This document shows, in pieces, positions 48,011-60,690 of a stretch of DNA of 64,000 nt. Origin of the DNA: the human T2T-CHM13v2.0 reference genome, Homo sapiens; assembly GCF_009914755.1 (NCBI RefSeq), contig NC_060928.1; one strand, given 5' to 3'. The stretch's first letter is position 1. Every line of letters starts with the position of its first letter. The position numbers and the translations under genes are program-made. The notes beneath the pieces were generated by a model, which had not been told where the DNA came from, ran no database searches, and saw only the letters and a program-made list of their open reading frames with translations.

Positions 48011-50320
48011 TTAATACAACATGTTACCTCATGTGGTAGCAAAGACAAAGTGTTCACTTAAAAAATACTTGAATATAAAATTACATATTAGACTGAAATT
48101 AAGAGATTTTAAACCCAGAATTTTTACTTGTTGAAACCATTATCCTTACCTTTAGGAGACTTCATTCATTCAGGAGCTTGGCCTAGGGAAGGGAGGACCC
48201 AAATCAAAAGAAAACTTTAAAGCCTTATAACAGAAACACTGTCTTAAAAGAACTCACATTTCAAAAGCTGGATTTCGGGGAGAGGAAATATCTTTTGATT
48301 GTCAAAAGCTAAATGCCTAAGGGACTCAGGGCATATATAGAAAATAATAAAGTAAGAGAAAATGCAAGCTGATGCACTTTTTTTTCTGCCTAATGATAAA
48401 AAAAAAGTTTGGCTAGCTGTCAGTAAGATAATTGGAAGTGTATGTGACTAAAATTTAGGCACTGGTGGGTCCCTGGGCATCAGTTCAGTGCTCCGCTCTC
48501 TAGGTACATCTTGATGTCTTGACAGAATTGATGTCTTGACACAAGCTGACAATTGAAACTCAAGAGGTATCTTCACCTAGCTTTCAAAGTGTTACCTGGA
48601 TTGCAAGCCCCAGTGAAATGCTTTGTGTCCAGAATGGTGCCTGGATATTGGCAGTGAATACATGAGGTGCCTCGGCAGGTGGCCTGACAGCAGACCCTTA
48701 AAGTCAAGTTCATTTAGGCAAACATGAAAAGGTTTACAGTTTATTACTTCGAGGACACAATGAACTGGATAGAACTGGCAACTGGAAAGCAAAGTGAGAT
48801 GCTTACATTTCAAGGTGAATGCAGGGACAACAATCAAAAAACGAAGTATAAATTTTACAAGAGTATGAATTGCACGTCACATCAGAAACGCAGGATGGAT
48901 AGATATTAATGACTTTGTATCAGACACTTGTCCCCAGAGGACAATATAATACCAGAAAAAAAAAAAAAAACATGTAATCCTAGGAAAGGATAAGGGAGAG
49001 GAGAATTCTGAACTGCCCAAATATTTTCCTCAGAGTTTTTGAGTTTGAGCTGGAAAAAAAGTAACAGTTTATTTTACATTGGCAAGATGATATGTTTTGC
49101 TACCAGTGAAAATGGGGGCTCACAAGGTAAGTTCAGTTACAGAGAAAAATTTTCAAAGCTACATTTTTCATGCCTGAGTCATATAAAATGCATACCTCAA
49201 AAGAGAAATGGTTATTTGTAATTCTACTTGCAGTCATGCTGAAATAATTTATTCATATTTTAGAGAGTGAGAGGTAGATGATTTTCATTGAAGAAATACT
49301 TCTGGTGCAGATAAATTTTCTTTTGAACAACATTTAGTTTTCAGCCAAATGCTTAATGAACTTATCTATGACTTTATTTTCCAAAGGTAAAAAGTGGCCT
49401 GATGGGAGGGGAAGGAAAATACCAAAATGATTTTTCTAAAGTGTTTTCATAATAATCACTTTTTCTTAAACATAAAAAGACTCTAATACATTTTACTTTA
49501 AATACAGACTGGAAAACTGAAAACTAGATTATATAGCCAAGAGGAAGTGGCATTACAAAATGCTCTTACTGACTTTACTACATCACCTTTTAAATAAAAG
49601 AAATAGAAGCAAATGTCAGGAATGTGTTTTCAAGAATGAGATTTTGCTTGTGGTATTTCATTCTGGCTCTAAATAACCTGCAAATAAAATGAAAAGAAGG
49701 CATGCACTTGTTTTTATAAGAATAAAATATTTGTATGTCTCCTATTTAATAACATTGTCATGGTAGCTTTTGTTCTTTATTTTTCTTTAAATTTTCCTAT
49801 TGGGAAATAATTTCAAACTATAGGAAAGATACAAGAATAATACAAAGAATACCTGTATATGCTTTAGTCAGATTTACCTAGTATTGCCTATTATTTTTAT
49901 TAACACTTAAGTTTTTTTTTTAACATTCTGAGTTTTTTAACAAAAGTTAGTCATTCTGCATTGTTTTCTATTGGTTTAGAGGCAGCATATCTGTCTCCTA
50001 CAGCTTTTGGGGTAGGACAGCTTCTGCCTGACCATGAAAGTCCTCTTAGGGCAATAGGGACCAGCTTGCCTTTCTTTTGCATTCCTATGAGAGGCCACAT
50101 CACTTGCTGTCTGAAGAGTCAATGAAGCTCTTAACTATTGTAGCTGATGAATACATTTTTAAAATTAATAAAGGTGTGGGCAAACAAGTCAGTGGTGGTA
50201 TGTATTGTAAAAGTGAAAACCTCATTCTCCAATCATATGTCCCTTTCTCCAAGAGTCTCTTATAAGTCTTTTCAGAAATACTCTGAGTATAGTATGTACA
50301 AAGGTATATAGCCATAGCTA

Positions 50321-50626
<306 letters not shown>

Positions 50627-52400
50627 CTACAGTAATAGGTATATAGATACAAAGAGATGTACATTTGTTTCTTAAAGATATAAACACATAACTCCTTTTC
50701 CATATTAGAAATAATGGTATTAGACTCTACACGTGCTCTTCCATGGCTTGCTCTTTTCATATAACAACATACCTGAATTAGTTTGTGATATAAGTTCATA
50801 CAAATGTGCTTCAGTCTTTTTAAAGGTTGAATAATATTTCATTGTATGGGTATGCCATAATTTTTAAATCTACACTCTAAATTATATGCTTTTTAAAAAA
50901 AAATTTCACGGATAAAAAAACTAAGATTTTTATTTTTCTTTTGTGAGTGATTTCCTGTAAGATAAATTTCCAGCAGGCTACTTTTGCATTTAAATTGGGA
51001 TAATAACTTTGATATAATCATCATTTGACTTTTCTTGTCTTTGATGCATTCAGTAATGTTTGCAGAAGGAAGGAAGGGAGAGAGGAAGGAAGAAGAAAAG
51101 AAAGTCAGGTAGGCTAGTTTTTAGGGAACAGTGGTTCCTTACATGAGTGAAAGAGGACAGGGACCTTCTAGTCAAGATTATGATCAAATTTTCTTACCAA
51201 TTTTCTATTGTGAACATTTTATGTCTTTCAGAGGGCAGCTGGAGTATTACTTTCTCAGGAAGAGTATAGCAAATAGAATATTAAATAATATTTTTATTGT
51301 ATGGTCCTGTGATACCCTAAACTTCTTCATCGCACCTGAAATTTTTCTCGGTATCTATCTCCTTAGATAGACAAGAAACAATAAGTACTATAGAGTCTTG
51401 TTGGTTCATGTATTCTCTACTTCATAAGGATATCGAGATGCTCTGCCTTTCTTAAAAGCAAAAAGTAGAGGGTGGAGAAACAGAGAGAAAGTGGAAGAGA
51501 CATCAGTGAGACAGAGAGAGACCATGAGAGAGAGAAAGTAAGAAAAAGAACAAGGAATGGAGAAGGGAGGAAATGAGGGAGGCAAGAAGGTGATGACGCC
51601 AGGGGTTAGAGCTGTAAACATTAGAGAATTAGGGAAAAAATGAATTGTAAGACAGAAAAAAAAGAGAAAACACCAAGATATAAGAATTCAACATTTTCCT
51701 ACTTCAGAAACCAGAGAAACATTGTGTTATTTTCCATAAAGTCAAAGAAGTCGACAGTGATCGCTCAGCTTCTGGCTGCAGACTGAAAGCTATGTGTGTT
51801 GGAAGGGCATGATTCAGAATAAAAAGGATTGTTTCGAGGGCTTGTATTATAATTTAAGTTGTGCAAGGAGAACTGGGAAATGTGTCACTGCAAAGGTGAA
51901 ATACTTGCTTTCCATTTCTTAATGCTGTGGGAATAGAAATGTAATTATGGTCATGAATCTTTCATAGTGGGGCCAACTTGGAAATTACATTGAACTGGGA
52001 GCCTATGTATTGTAACAATGTGAAGGTTACATGAAGTAGTTTTGCCTAATTTTATTTTAGATTAGAAGGTAGTGTAGTGGAGACATTTAGAAAGCATTTC
52101 GTAGCCAAAGTTTCTTTTTCAATTTTACTACTTTACAATTTTATATACAAATATATGTGTGTGTATATATACACACATACTTATCTGTACAGTTATAATA
52201 TATGGGGATATTCATGTTAGAGATATGAGCTATCTAATTTTTTTTTACCATTCACAAGTGTTGTCGAGACTAAGTAATTAGGAAATAGATAACCGATTCC
52301 AACAGTACCAGAGGGTGGGGTTCAAGCTATACTTTAGATAGGAGATTTGTTAACATGTGGAATACACCTCAGTTGGATTTCCCCTTTTAATTTGTTTAAG

Positions 52401-52451
52401 CTAAATCAACAGGAGACTGATGCTGCTCATACCTTGAAGAAGCAACTGGCA
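52401..52451 (+). CDS. CFAP299: 51-nt in-frame cassette exon (phase 0-0) encoding LNQQETDAAHTLKKQLA
   Basis: Acceptor ccccttttaatttgtttaag, donor GCA|gtaagt. 17 open codons in the phase left by the exon at 27154-27244. Consistent with my recollection of a CFAP299 isoform 17 aa longer than the short form. Confidence 0.8.
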
Positions 52452-52929
52452 GTAAGTACTGCTTATGGAAAAGTTTCCTTTACAAGTTAGAAAAACATTT
52501 TGGCTTCATCCTACATATATACTCCACTCCAAGGGCTATTGCTACTGTTTTCCGAATTACTCACCAGCTTGATGAATGACAGTCACAAGTAGTGCTTTTA
52601 TTGCAATGTACAGATGTTGATATTTTCCAGAATTTTTTTAGGGTAAATGGCTCTCATTTTGAAAAAAAGCGCATTGTAGATTTAATGAAGGAACTTAGGT
52701 TTTCACTTAAAAAATCCATACAACTCTTATATTTTAAAATCTTATTTTTTAAAGAAAGTTTGTTTAAAGAACCTGTTGTCTTTGGCATTGATAGAAAGCA
52801 GATGTTACCAATGGGATGAAGCCAGGAGGTTTAATGAGTAATAATAGAGTTAGAAACAGAATAATCATGTTAAGGGTCAGAAATGGGTTAGAATTCTTGT
52901 GTAAAACTGGGTAAAGCTTACACGATGCA

Positions 52930-52959
<30 letters not shown>
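52930..52959. repeat. (TG)n microsatellite
   Basis: Directly visible. Confidence 0.95.
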
Positions 52960-52960
<1 letters not shown>

Positions 52961-55900
52961 ACAGAGAAAGAGGGGATGATTAAAAGGAGAAGAATAAAGA
53001 AAATGTTAGATGAAAACATTTCATGATAAAATACAATTCTAAAAATAACTTGAGATTGCCTACATTTAACTTTATTTTATTGGGTATTTTATATTCACAT
53101 AGTGTTTGAGACTGTTAAGTCAAGGTTATAACTCAATATAAAGGAATGTATGGATGAATTTTTTGGAAAAGTTTCCAAGGGCTTTAGTATACATATATTT
53201 GCTACTTGAGTACTTTCCTGTGTTCAGAAATGTAAAATGCTTTAAAAAAATAAGTATATGTTGGGTTAAATAATGTGACTTTGTAAACAGGAATATTGCC
53301 TTGTGTGTAATTACGCTAGCAAAACTTCCAGTTAAGTCAAAATAATATTCCCAGTTATTAGGAGCTTCTTTCTGTGATATTATTTAGTTATGCTAAAGAA
53401 TCTTGATAACTATGTCATGCTGTTCCTACAAATATTTCCAAGGTAGGAAACTATGCAGTGAGAGAAGGAAGCTATTTGGTAGAAGAAGGATATATTTTTT
53501 GAAATGTTTCAAGGTTGGTTTATAGGGTTTATTTATTAAAGTGTAAAGGTTATTTAGATATGTCTCTTTATGTTGGATTTTTATCAACAGAATATTTATT
53601 TAATATCATATAATTTTAAGTAGTCCAGAGTAATCAACGTTAATGTTATTTTTTATTTCTTGTTTATATTTATAAAAGGCCAAAGTAATAATGGAACATA
53701 TGATTTTTTTCATGGCACAATTAATGTGTACCACTTTTCCTATTTTTTGTTTATTTAACATTTGTGGAATTTCTTAAAATTGCTATTTTATGTGTAACTG
53801 TTTTGGTAGTTCTCTAGTAATACATAGTTTGTCTATATTTGCATGTTTATATGCTATATTCTATAAGTTTTTGTGCTCATATTCCTGTGCCTACTAATGA
53901 ATTTTGTCCAGGAAAATAATAATTGTGTTTGAATAGTCTATAAATGACCCTCAAAATGATAGAGTGAAAAGAAGCTAAAAATTCTAGACTATGTTTGAAC
54001 CAACCAAATGCACTTTAATAGGCCTATCCTTATCCAGATTATATCTGGGCATAATTTTACCCACAGGATGTTTTTAAAGACTTTTAAAAAGGCTGAATAA
54101 TGCTTATTAGTGTCTATAGATTTGCAGAGAATTTGCTTACTTATTTTATTTTTATGCTTTATAAGGTAGTTCTAAGTAATTTATTAATTGAAGAGATTCT
54201 GGTTCCTCCTTGTGTCTCTTCTTTCTGATCACTTTAATAATCCTTTTAATTTGATAAATGCTCAAAAAAAAATGACACTAGTGAAGTGTGGACAGAAATG
54301 AGAGTCTGCTCTCTGTTCTTAGAAGACAGCACACTGATTTCCCTGGAGTGAATATTGCTGAACCCAGCAGCACTTCCAGTGTCCCCCAACCCCTAACCTG
54401 GACTTAGTACTGAAGTGGTAAAAATATTCACATTTAAGAAAGCAAGAGCAAAATCTAACAAAACGGTATGCAAATTTAGTACCTACAGAGAAATAGCCAC
54501 TTCTCATTTTTGTCTCCCATTCTATCTTCTGTCTTTCCTAGGTCACTGTCACATTCTTTCTCAGGTTATAGTAATTCATACTTTATCTTCTCTATTTTAC
54601 AACCTTAATTTTCTGAAATTCAGTTTCTTAGCTCAGCACCTTAAAAATAATAGTACAGAATGTATATTAGTTTAGTTAGTGCCATTTAAAGAACTTTTTA
54701 AAAAAAGTTTTCATCAAAATGGACCTAAAGCTAAAAAGTCCTTTGGGACATTATTTCTGATACCATAAAATCTACAAAGTTCCTTTCTAGATGCAAACCC
54801 ATCGATTCTATTCAATGATAATAATAAAGGCTCTTTTATACCCAGATGGCTATCTCAAATCTTGTTATCAGCCCTCCAACTTAGTTGTAGGAGGGTTTCA
54901 TCAGTCATGGTTATATTGCTCTGGGTGGCTGATAACCATTGTGCTATTATTAGTTGGGTGATGAGCTGGTCACCCTGTAAGTTTCTTTAAGTTGTTCTAT
55001 CAGCCCTCCAAAAGTAAATGCAAATAAACGGGTTCCAAACCCCTTTAGAGCACACTGTAAATCTTTGTAACTTCATGGCCAAATGGTAAACCGCAGGACC
55101 ACATGACTCAATTCCCTTGAGACAGTCATGTTATTCCTGTCAGACTTTTCTTCCCTCATTCATCAGCTGGAAGCTTTCATCTCCTTTTAAAGTCATGGCC
55201 TTTCAAGTAGGGGTGAAATTACACCTGTCAGTAATAAATGTTCTCAGTGCTCTCCATCATTCTGTCTTTTCACAAAAGATATTAAAAGGAAGCATAGCTT
55301 ATTCCACATTTTAACACCATGTTTTTTTCTTTCTCCACTTTTAGATACCTTCCTGTTATGTAATTGTTGAGCAAAGTTTTAAAATATTCACTAAATCAGG
55401 GGACATGTGGGAATGCTGGGCAAATTAGCTTCCATGTGAACTATACATTATATTCAATAACTACATTAAACTTATTTGACAGAATGATTTAACTGTATAC
55501 ACAATCTACAACGGCAATCTAAATGTGCCCTTTAGCACACTTGTTCTGTTTATTTTTTCTAAGTTACACTCTGATAACTTTGTGGTTGCCCATAATACCA
55601 TACAGCAGGTGCACCTGTGTAGCCACCATTTTATTTACATAGAGAACAAAGTTAATGTTTTATCAAATCCAGACCACACCTGCATTGGGACACTTGTAGG
55701 AAGCAGGGTTCAAATCAAAATTGCAATTTGCTTTTAGCCTGATATTTGAACTCCACTGAGCAAACTCTTTTGAGTTCTCTTGGACGTTTTGAGGATTCGG
55801 CTCTTAACTCCCTGTTAACTGAAGGATGAAATGGGAGCTGGAAGACTGAATATGTTACCTGAAAACCCTGTCACTCACTATTGTAGGTCTTGACTCAAGA

Positions 55901-56781
55901 ATAACTGAATTGTGTCATTACAGCCTACACCATACACTGTCCCAAGCAGAGAATTCTTCAAGTACAAGTGTATTTGGCTTGATATACCTGATTATGAGGG
56001 CAAATATTTTTGTAAATTTTCTAATGCTGAACCAGATTAATGAATAAATGCTGTGTGAAATTCACAAATCGTCGATGATGGTCATGCTCTAAAGCTTTGT
56101 TGTTTTGTTTTATTTTATCCCTTATAGGGACAGTATGTGCCATTTTTTTTTTGTAGATTAGTGATACTGCAAAGAATCCATACAAACACATAACCTCCCA
56201 CAATTATTAGCAAACCATCGTGTTTTATTTTTTCCAGAACACAAAGGAAGTATATAATTTCTCTATTTTTATACCCCATTTCTTACATTCTGTCTTTTCT
56301 TATCTCCTTCCTCTTCAGGAGAAAAATAAAATAGTAAACTGAAAAACAGACCCTAAAACTCAGTGAGAGGGATAGATTGCCTCAATTTGTCACTAAACTA
56401 AAAAAAATTATCTCAAAGCACAATGCTGATTTAATTTCTCTGGAAATGATTACACATTTATCATTAGAGTTTTTTTCTATCAAATGGGTTCTGACATATT
56501 ATTAGAGTTTGAGACAAAATCTGTAGTATCTATTTCAAGCCTAATCAACTATTAACATCATTTGCAGAAACATCCCATCCATATATAGGGCTGAAAATGA
56601 ATTACTATTATTTAACATTATGTTTTGTGAAATCTCTGTAACTGTATAAAATGATTTGAGAAGGTGAATTGTCCCTATTTGTTTACCCAAACTATCCTTT
56701 TATTAAATAATTTTCTGTGGTTTAATTTAAACTATTTCAATAATACTCACACCTTAAATAGAGATTGAACTTAACACCCTC

Positions 56782-56880
56782 AACTCTGAATTAAGTACAT
56801 AGTTTGAAATTAATTAAGTAGCTCAGAATGCCTTTGAACTCTGAATTAGGTACATAGTTTTAAATTAATTAAGTAGTTCA
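56782..56880. repeat. Two-copy direct repeat, 44-bp unit, period 55 bp
   Basis: aactctgaattaagtacatagtttgaaattaattaagtagctca (56782-56825) versus 56837-56880: 41/44 identical. Confidence 0.92.
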
Positions 56881-57049
56881 AACCCTAATATTGTGGCCTT
56901 GGGCACTCACTTTCATTTAGCACGTGGTTCTTAACAAGTTTGATTGTCTGTTTTAGTCACCTTCTAAAGATAAAAAACATTAAGCTGAAAGAACCAAGTA
57001 TAGCAGTGAGAATTGCAAGACTAACAGCCTAGGACAGAAAGGAAAAGTA

Positions 57050-57240
57050 ATGATGAAGTGCTGGACATGTTATGAGGCTCTTTCATATGCATTTACACAT
57101 TTGATTCCCCATAATCCTACATGAGATATGCAACTTATTTCACAAATAAGTAAGCAAGGCATGGGGAGCTATGCAATTTCCCCAAGGCTAGTAAGTGGCA
57201 GATTTGAGATATTAACTCAAGATATTTTATCTTAACTCAG
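57050..57240 (-). mobile_element. MIR
   Basis: atttcacaaataagtaagcaaggcatggggagctatgcaatttccccaagg … gtaagtggcaga. Confidence 0.6.
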
Positions 57241-57678
57241 TGGTAAATGTCATAAGTCACCTATACCAGTTTAAATATTTTCTAGTATATTTGGTTTGTG
57301 CAGGAAGTAGAAAATTCATTTTAGAAAGAGTCCATAGAAATGCTAAAATATACAGAGCTTTGACACCTGAAGTTTTTGGTGTCACATCTTTTGTGGAACC
57401 TCTCATTTTCTAAGGATAATTAATACATTATTTTACTGAATGATTTAACTCTAAAACTGATGTAGTACGTATGTTAATTCAAATAGATTTAAATCATTCA
57501 ACTCAATTTATTATAAACAAAAATTACTTTATTTCTTTCATTATCTCTTCAGATCTAGGTTACATGCATAATGTCAATTAAGACAAATAGAAACACTTTT
57601 TCCTCCCTGAACCTATCTCCTTCACCAAAATTTCAGCTGACTTTTATGTTTTATTGCTATGCATGCATACCACATAGC

Positions 57679-57808
57679 AGTGTTCTACAAAATGCAGTCC
57701 ATCTGTCACTTGCATCAGAATCACCTATGTTGATTTTGTAGAAAGCTGACCAGTGAATTAGGTCATCTGGTATTCAGGCTTAGGCTCATTAAAGTTTGAA
57801 ACCCACTG
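57679..57808. mobile_element. MER5A-like hAT-Charlie non-autonomous DNA transposon
   Basis: Termini cagtgttctacaaa … aaagtttgaaacccactg, with internal tgcatcagaatcacct. Confidence 0.7.
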
Positions 57809-59593
57809 CCTTTCAGTTTAACATCATTTCCCTGTGCACTTTAAGATGGTCCTGCTCTACAACTGACTGTATTTCACAATTCATTTGTACTTGCAAAGAC
57901 TAATGCTTGACCAAAACACTGTTAGCTGAGACAAAAATGATGGAGAAAACATACATCTCTCTTCAGTTTATAACTCTGATAACTCTTGGCTACTCCTTAT
58001 ACCTTTGCTACAGAAAGGCAGGCAGGCACATGTTTGATTCATTTTCTCCAGTTTATTTAATGTATTATTATTGTTTTCCAATTAGTATAAAGTTGGGTTT
58101 TGTTATTTGGAACTGTAGTTTGTGAGCACCTGCTTTGTCTGTTAAGGACACTTCCAGTTTTGTATTCCCCTTTTCATTTCTGTATATATAACAAGTCACC
58201 TATTTTCAAGTGATATTTACTCCAACAGAATGTTGTCAGTTTGCACTGAAATAATGCTATTTTTTTCTATCCTAATGGAAACAGTTTTGATTAAAATTAA
58301 CGACTACTTAGAATATTTTAAGTCTTCAAGGAGTGATTCAAAACAAATAGAAAATATGTTCCTGAAAGTGTCCTAAGAGGTGAATTTGTGTGACTAATAA
58401 TGACCTTGATCCCCATAGCTGTATATTTAATGGAGATGACAAACAGTCCATACTAGTGGTGAGGCACTAACTTTAAACTAAGGCACTTCTATTGAAAAGG
58501 AGCTCTTGATCTAATAGGCATCACAAATACTGTCGTTAGAGAAGATGGCTCGGATTTGATTTGCAAGGCGGGAAAGCACCAAGAGCAGGCACTCTGCGGG
58601 GGCAGCATGTGCGGCGGGTGTAGTCAGAGGCCTGCCTGCCTCCTAAAAGGTTGGGAGCAAAGTTAATGTAGTTTGGTTGACAGAGAAATTAGAAGACTTG
58701 GGACAATGCTTTTTCATTCCTTTCCCTCTTTTGTTTCTTAAGTTGACAGATTAAGTACTAACAATTGCTTGCAATATGGCTCTTTCTGAATGTGGTTACA
58801 AGTCTTGAATTTCAATGAATTAATCTCATTTATTAAACATTTTGTAAAAACAATGCTTACACATGTTGTTTAAATGTTGTTTGAAGTTGAAATGTTTTGA
58901 AATGGTATCTGAACAGCAGAGAAAAACACAATTTTAATGTCAACATACAAGAGACACCTTTGGTTGCATTTACACCAAAACATTGTAAATTATTATATTT
59001 AATTATAGCTCCTGGTTTCCCATTTTTTTCACAGATACACTTAAATGTTTATCAGCTAATTATATGTTAAATACCATGTGATATTATGGATTTCCTCAGT
59101 GGTAACATGTCTTAAAACTTCATTCATATTTTAATGATGTATTTTATTTGAAAATTTCTATATTTTATTACATTAACTCTTTATGGCCCTCTATGCAGCC
59201 ACTAACTTTTGACTAATATTGAGAACTACAGCTGCTAATATTTACTAGTCTGAGCAAATTAGTTTAGTAGACTTTAGGAACTCTGATTTGAGCTTAGGGA
59301 ACTGCAAACAATCAGAGTGCAGAATTTAGAAATCGCCGGCTATCTACTGGTCAAATATTGTTCATTGGCTAGGTAAACAGTGATATGGAAGTTAACTTGT
59401 ACAAGTGCAAAGTAAATAACAATGTATTTACTTTTTCTAATATTTGTGTCTATGTATAAGAAATGGGTTGTTGGAAGTCATACTTATTTACAAAGTAAAG
59501 CTTTAAAAATATTTTAATACTTTATTGTAGTGTATCTACTTTGGATTAGAAAGCTTACATCATCGATTCACTCTAAGGTAGGCTTGCAGGCAT

Positions 59594-59766
59594 CTTTCTT
59601 TCTTTTTTTTTTTCAGAAGCAAGGTCTTGCTTTGTCACCCAGGCTGGAGTTCAGTGGCATGATCATAGCTCACTGCAGCCTCAAACTCCTCCTGGGTTCA
59701 AGTGATCCTCCTTTACTCAGCCTTCCAAGTAGCTGGGATCCCAGGTGTGAACCACCATGCCCCGCT
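59594..59766 (-). mobile_element. Alu right-arm monomer (FRAM/AluJ-type)
   Basis: Single monomer with gatcatagctcactgcagcctc; flanked by aggcat on both sides. Confidence 0.85.
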
Positions 59767-60527
59767 TAGGCATACATCTTGATACTTTTAGCAAGATAGT
59801 TAAGAAGTAATTTATAAATTACTTCTAAATAGGATCCTTCCCTATTTCATTCAGCAACCTCTGCAAGCCCTTTCAGAGAAATTGAGGCACTTCTATTAAA
59901 AGTAACCACATTATTGATTGTGGCCCAAGAGTGAAATGGGCTTCTGGCCCTCAATACCTCCTTCAAAGTATTATACCTTGCAGGGGCAGTCACTCTCACC
60001 TCCGTTCATTCCTTCAGCTTTTAGGAATAGGTAATTGACCCTACTTTCCTATATTAATACTCAGTTACTAACTCACTCTAAGAAAACAGAACTCTCTCCT
60101 CTCAACTGGTCAATATAACCTCAGATGTCTGAGCATTAACTTCACCTAAAAATTTAACAAATATTACATTTAATTGTATCACAGGCTGTTTCCATGTAAG
60201 TTTTTGCTTCTGTCTTCCCAACTCAACTGTAAAGTTTCACCTGTGTATCTATGGTGCCTAGGACTGGAAGCAGGCCCATGTGACTCTTCCTTGTGATCCC
60301 AGGCCTTCTGTTTGCTCCAAAATATGCAAAATAGATAATTTTTGAAGCTGAACTTATTGGCTGTGTATGCTAATACTTCATATAAAAGACTTCAAAAGAA
60401 CTATAAAGTTTTGTATATACATATAAACTTTTATATACACGCGTGTACTTTTATATGTGTAATTTTTATACATATAAGTATATATTATGTATTATAAATA
60501 TGCATATATACATAAATAATACCCCCA

Positions 60528-60690
60528 AACTGAAAGGGCTGTAGAGATCATCTAGTCCCAACTTTATTTTACAGATGAAAAAAAACAAACTGAGTGAGGA
60601 AAAGTGACTTTCCCAAGTTCCCAATGCAAGTTAGTAGCTAAGTTGGGGCAGCCAGGACTCCTGACACTCAGACAATGCTCGTCTCACTTC
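60528..60690 (-). mobile_element. MIR (MIR3/MIRc-like)
   Basis: gagatcatctagtcccaac … attttacagatgaaaaaa … aagtgactttcccaag … ccaggactcctgac. Confidence 0.75.

Noticed and set aside
51060-51600. Purine-rich GA tracts (also about 40130-40200)
   Set aside because: Common low-complexity sequence with no clear long mirror symmetry.
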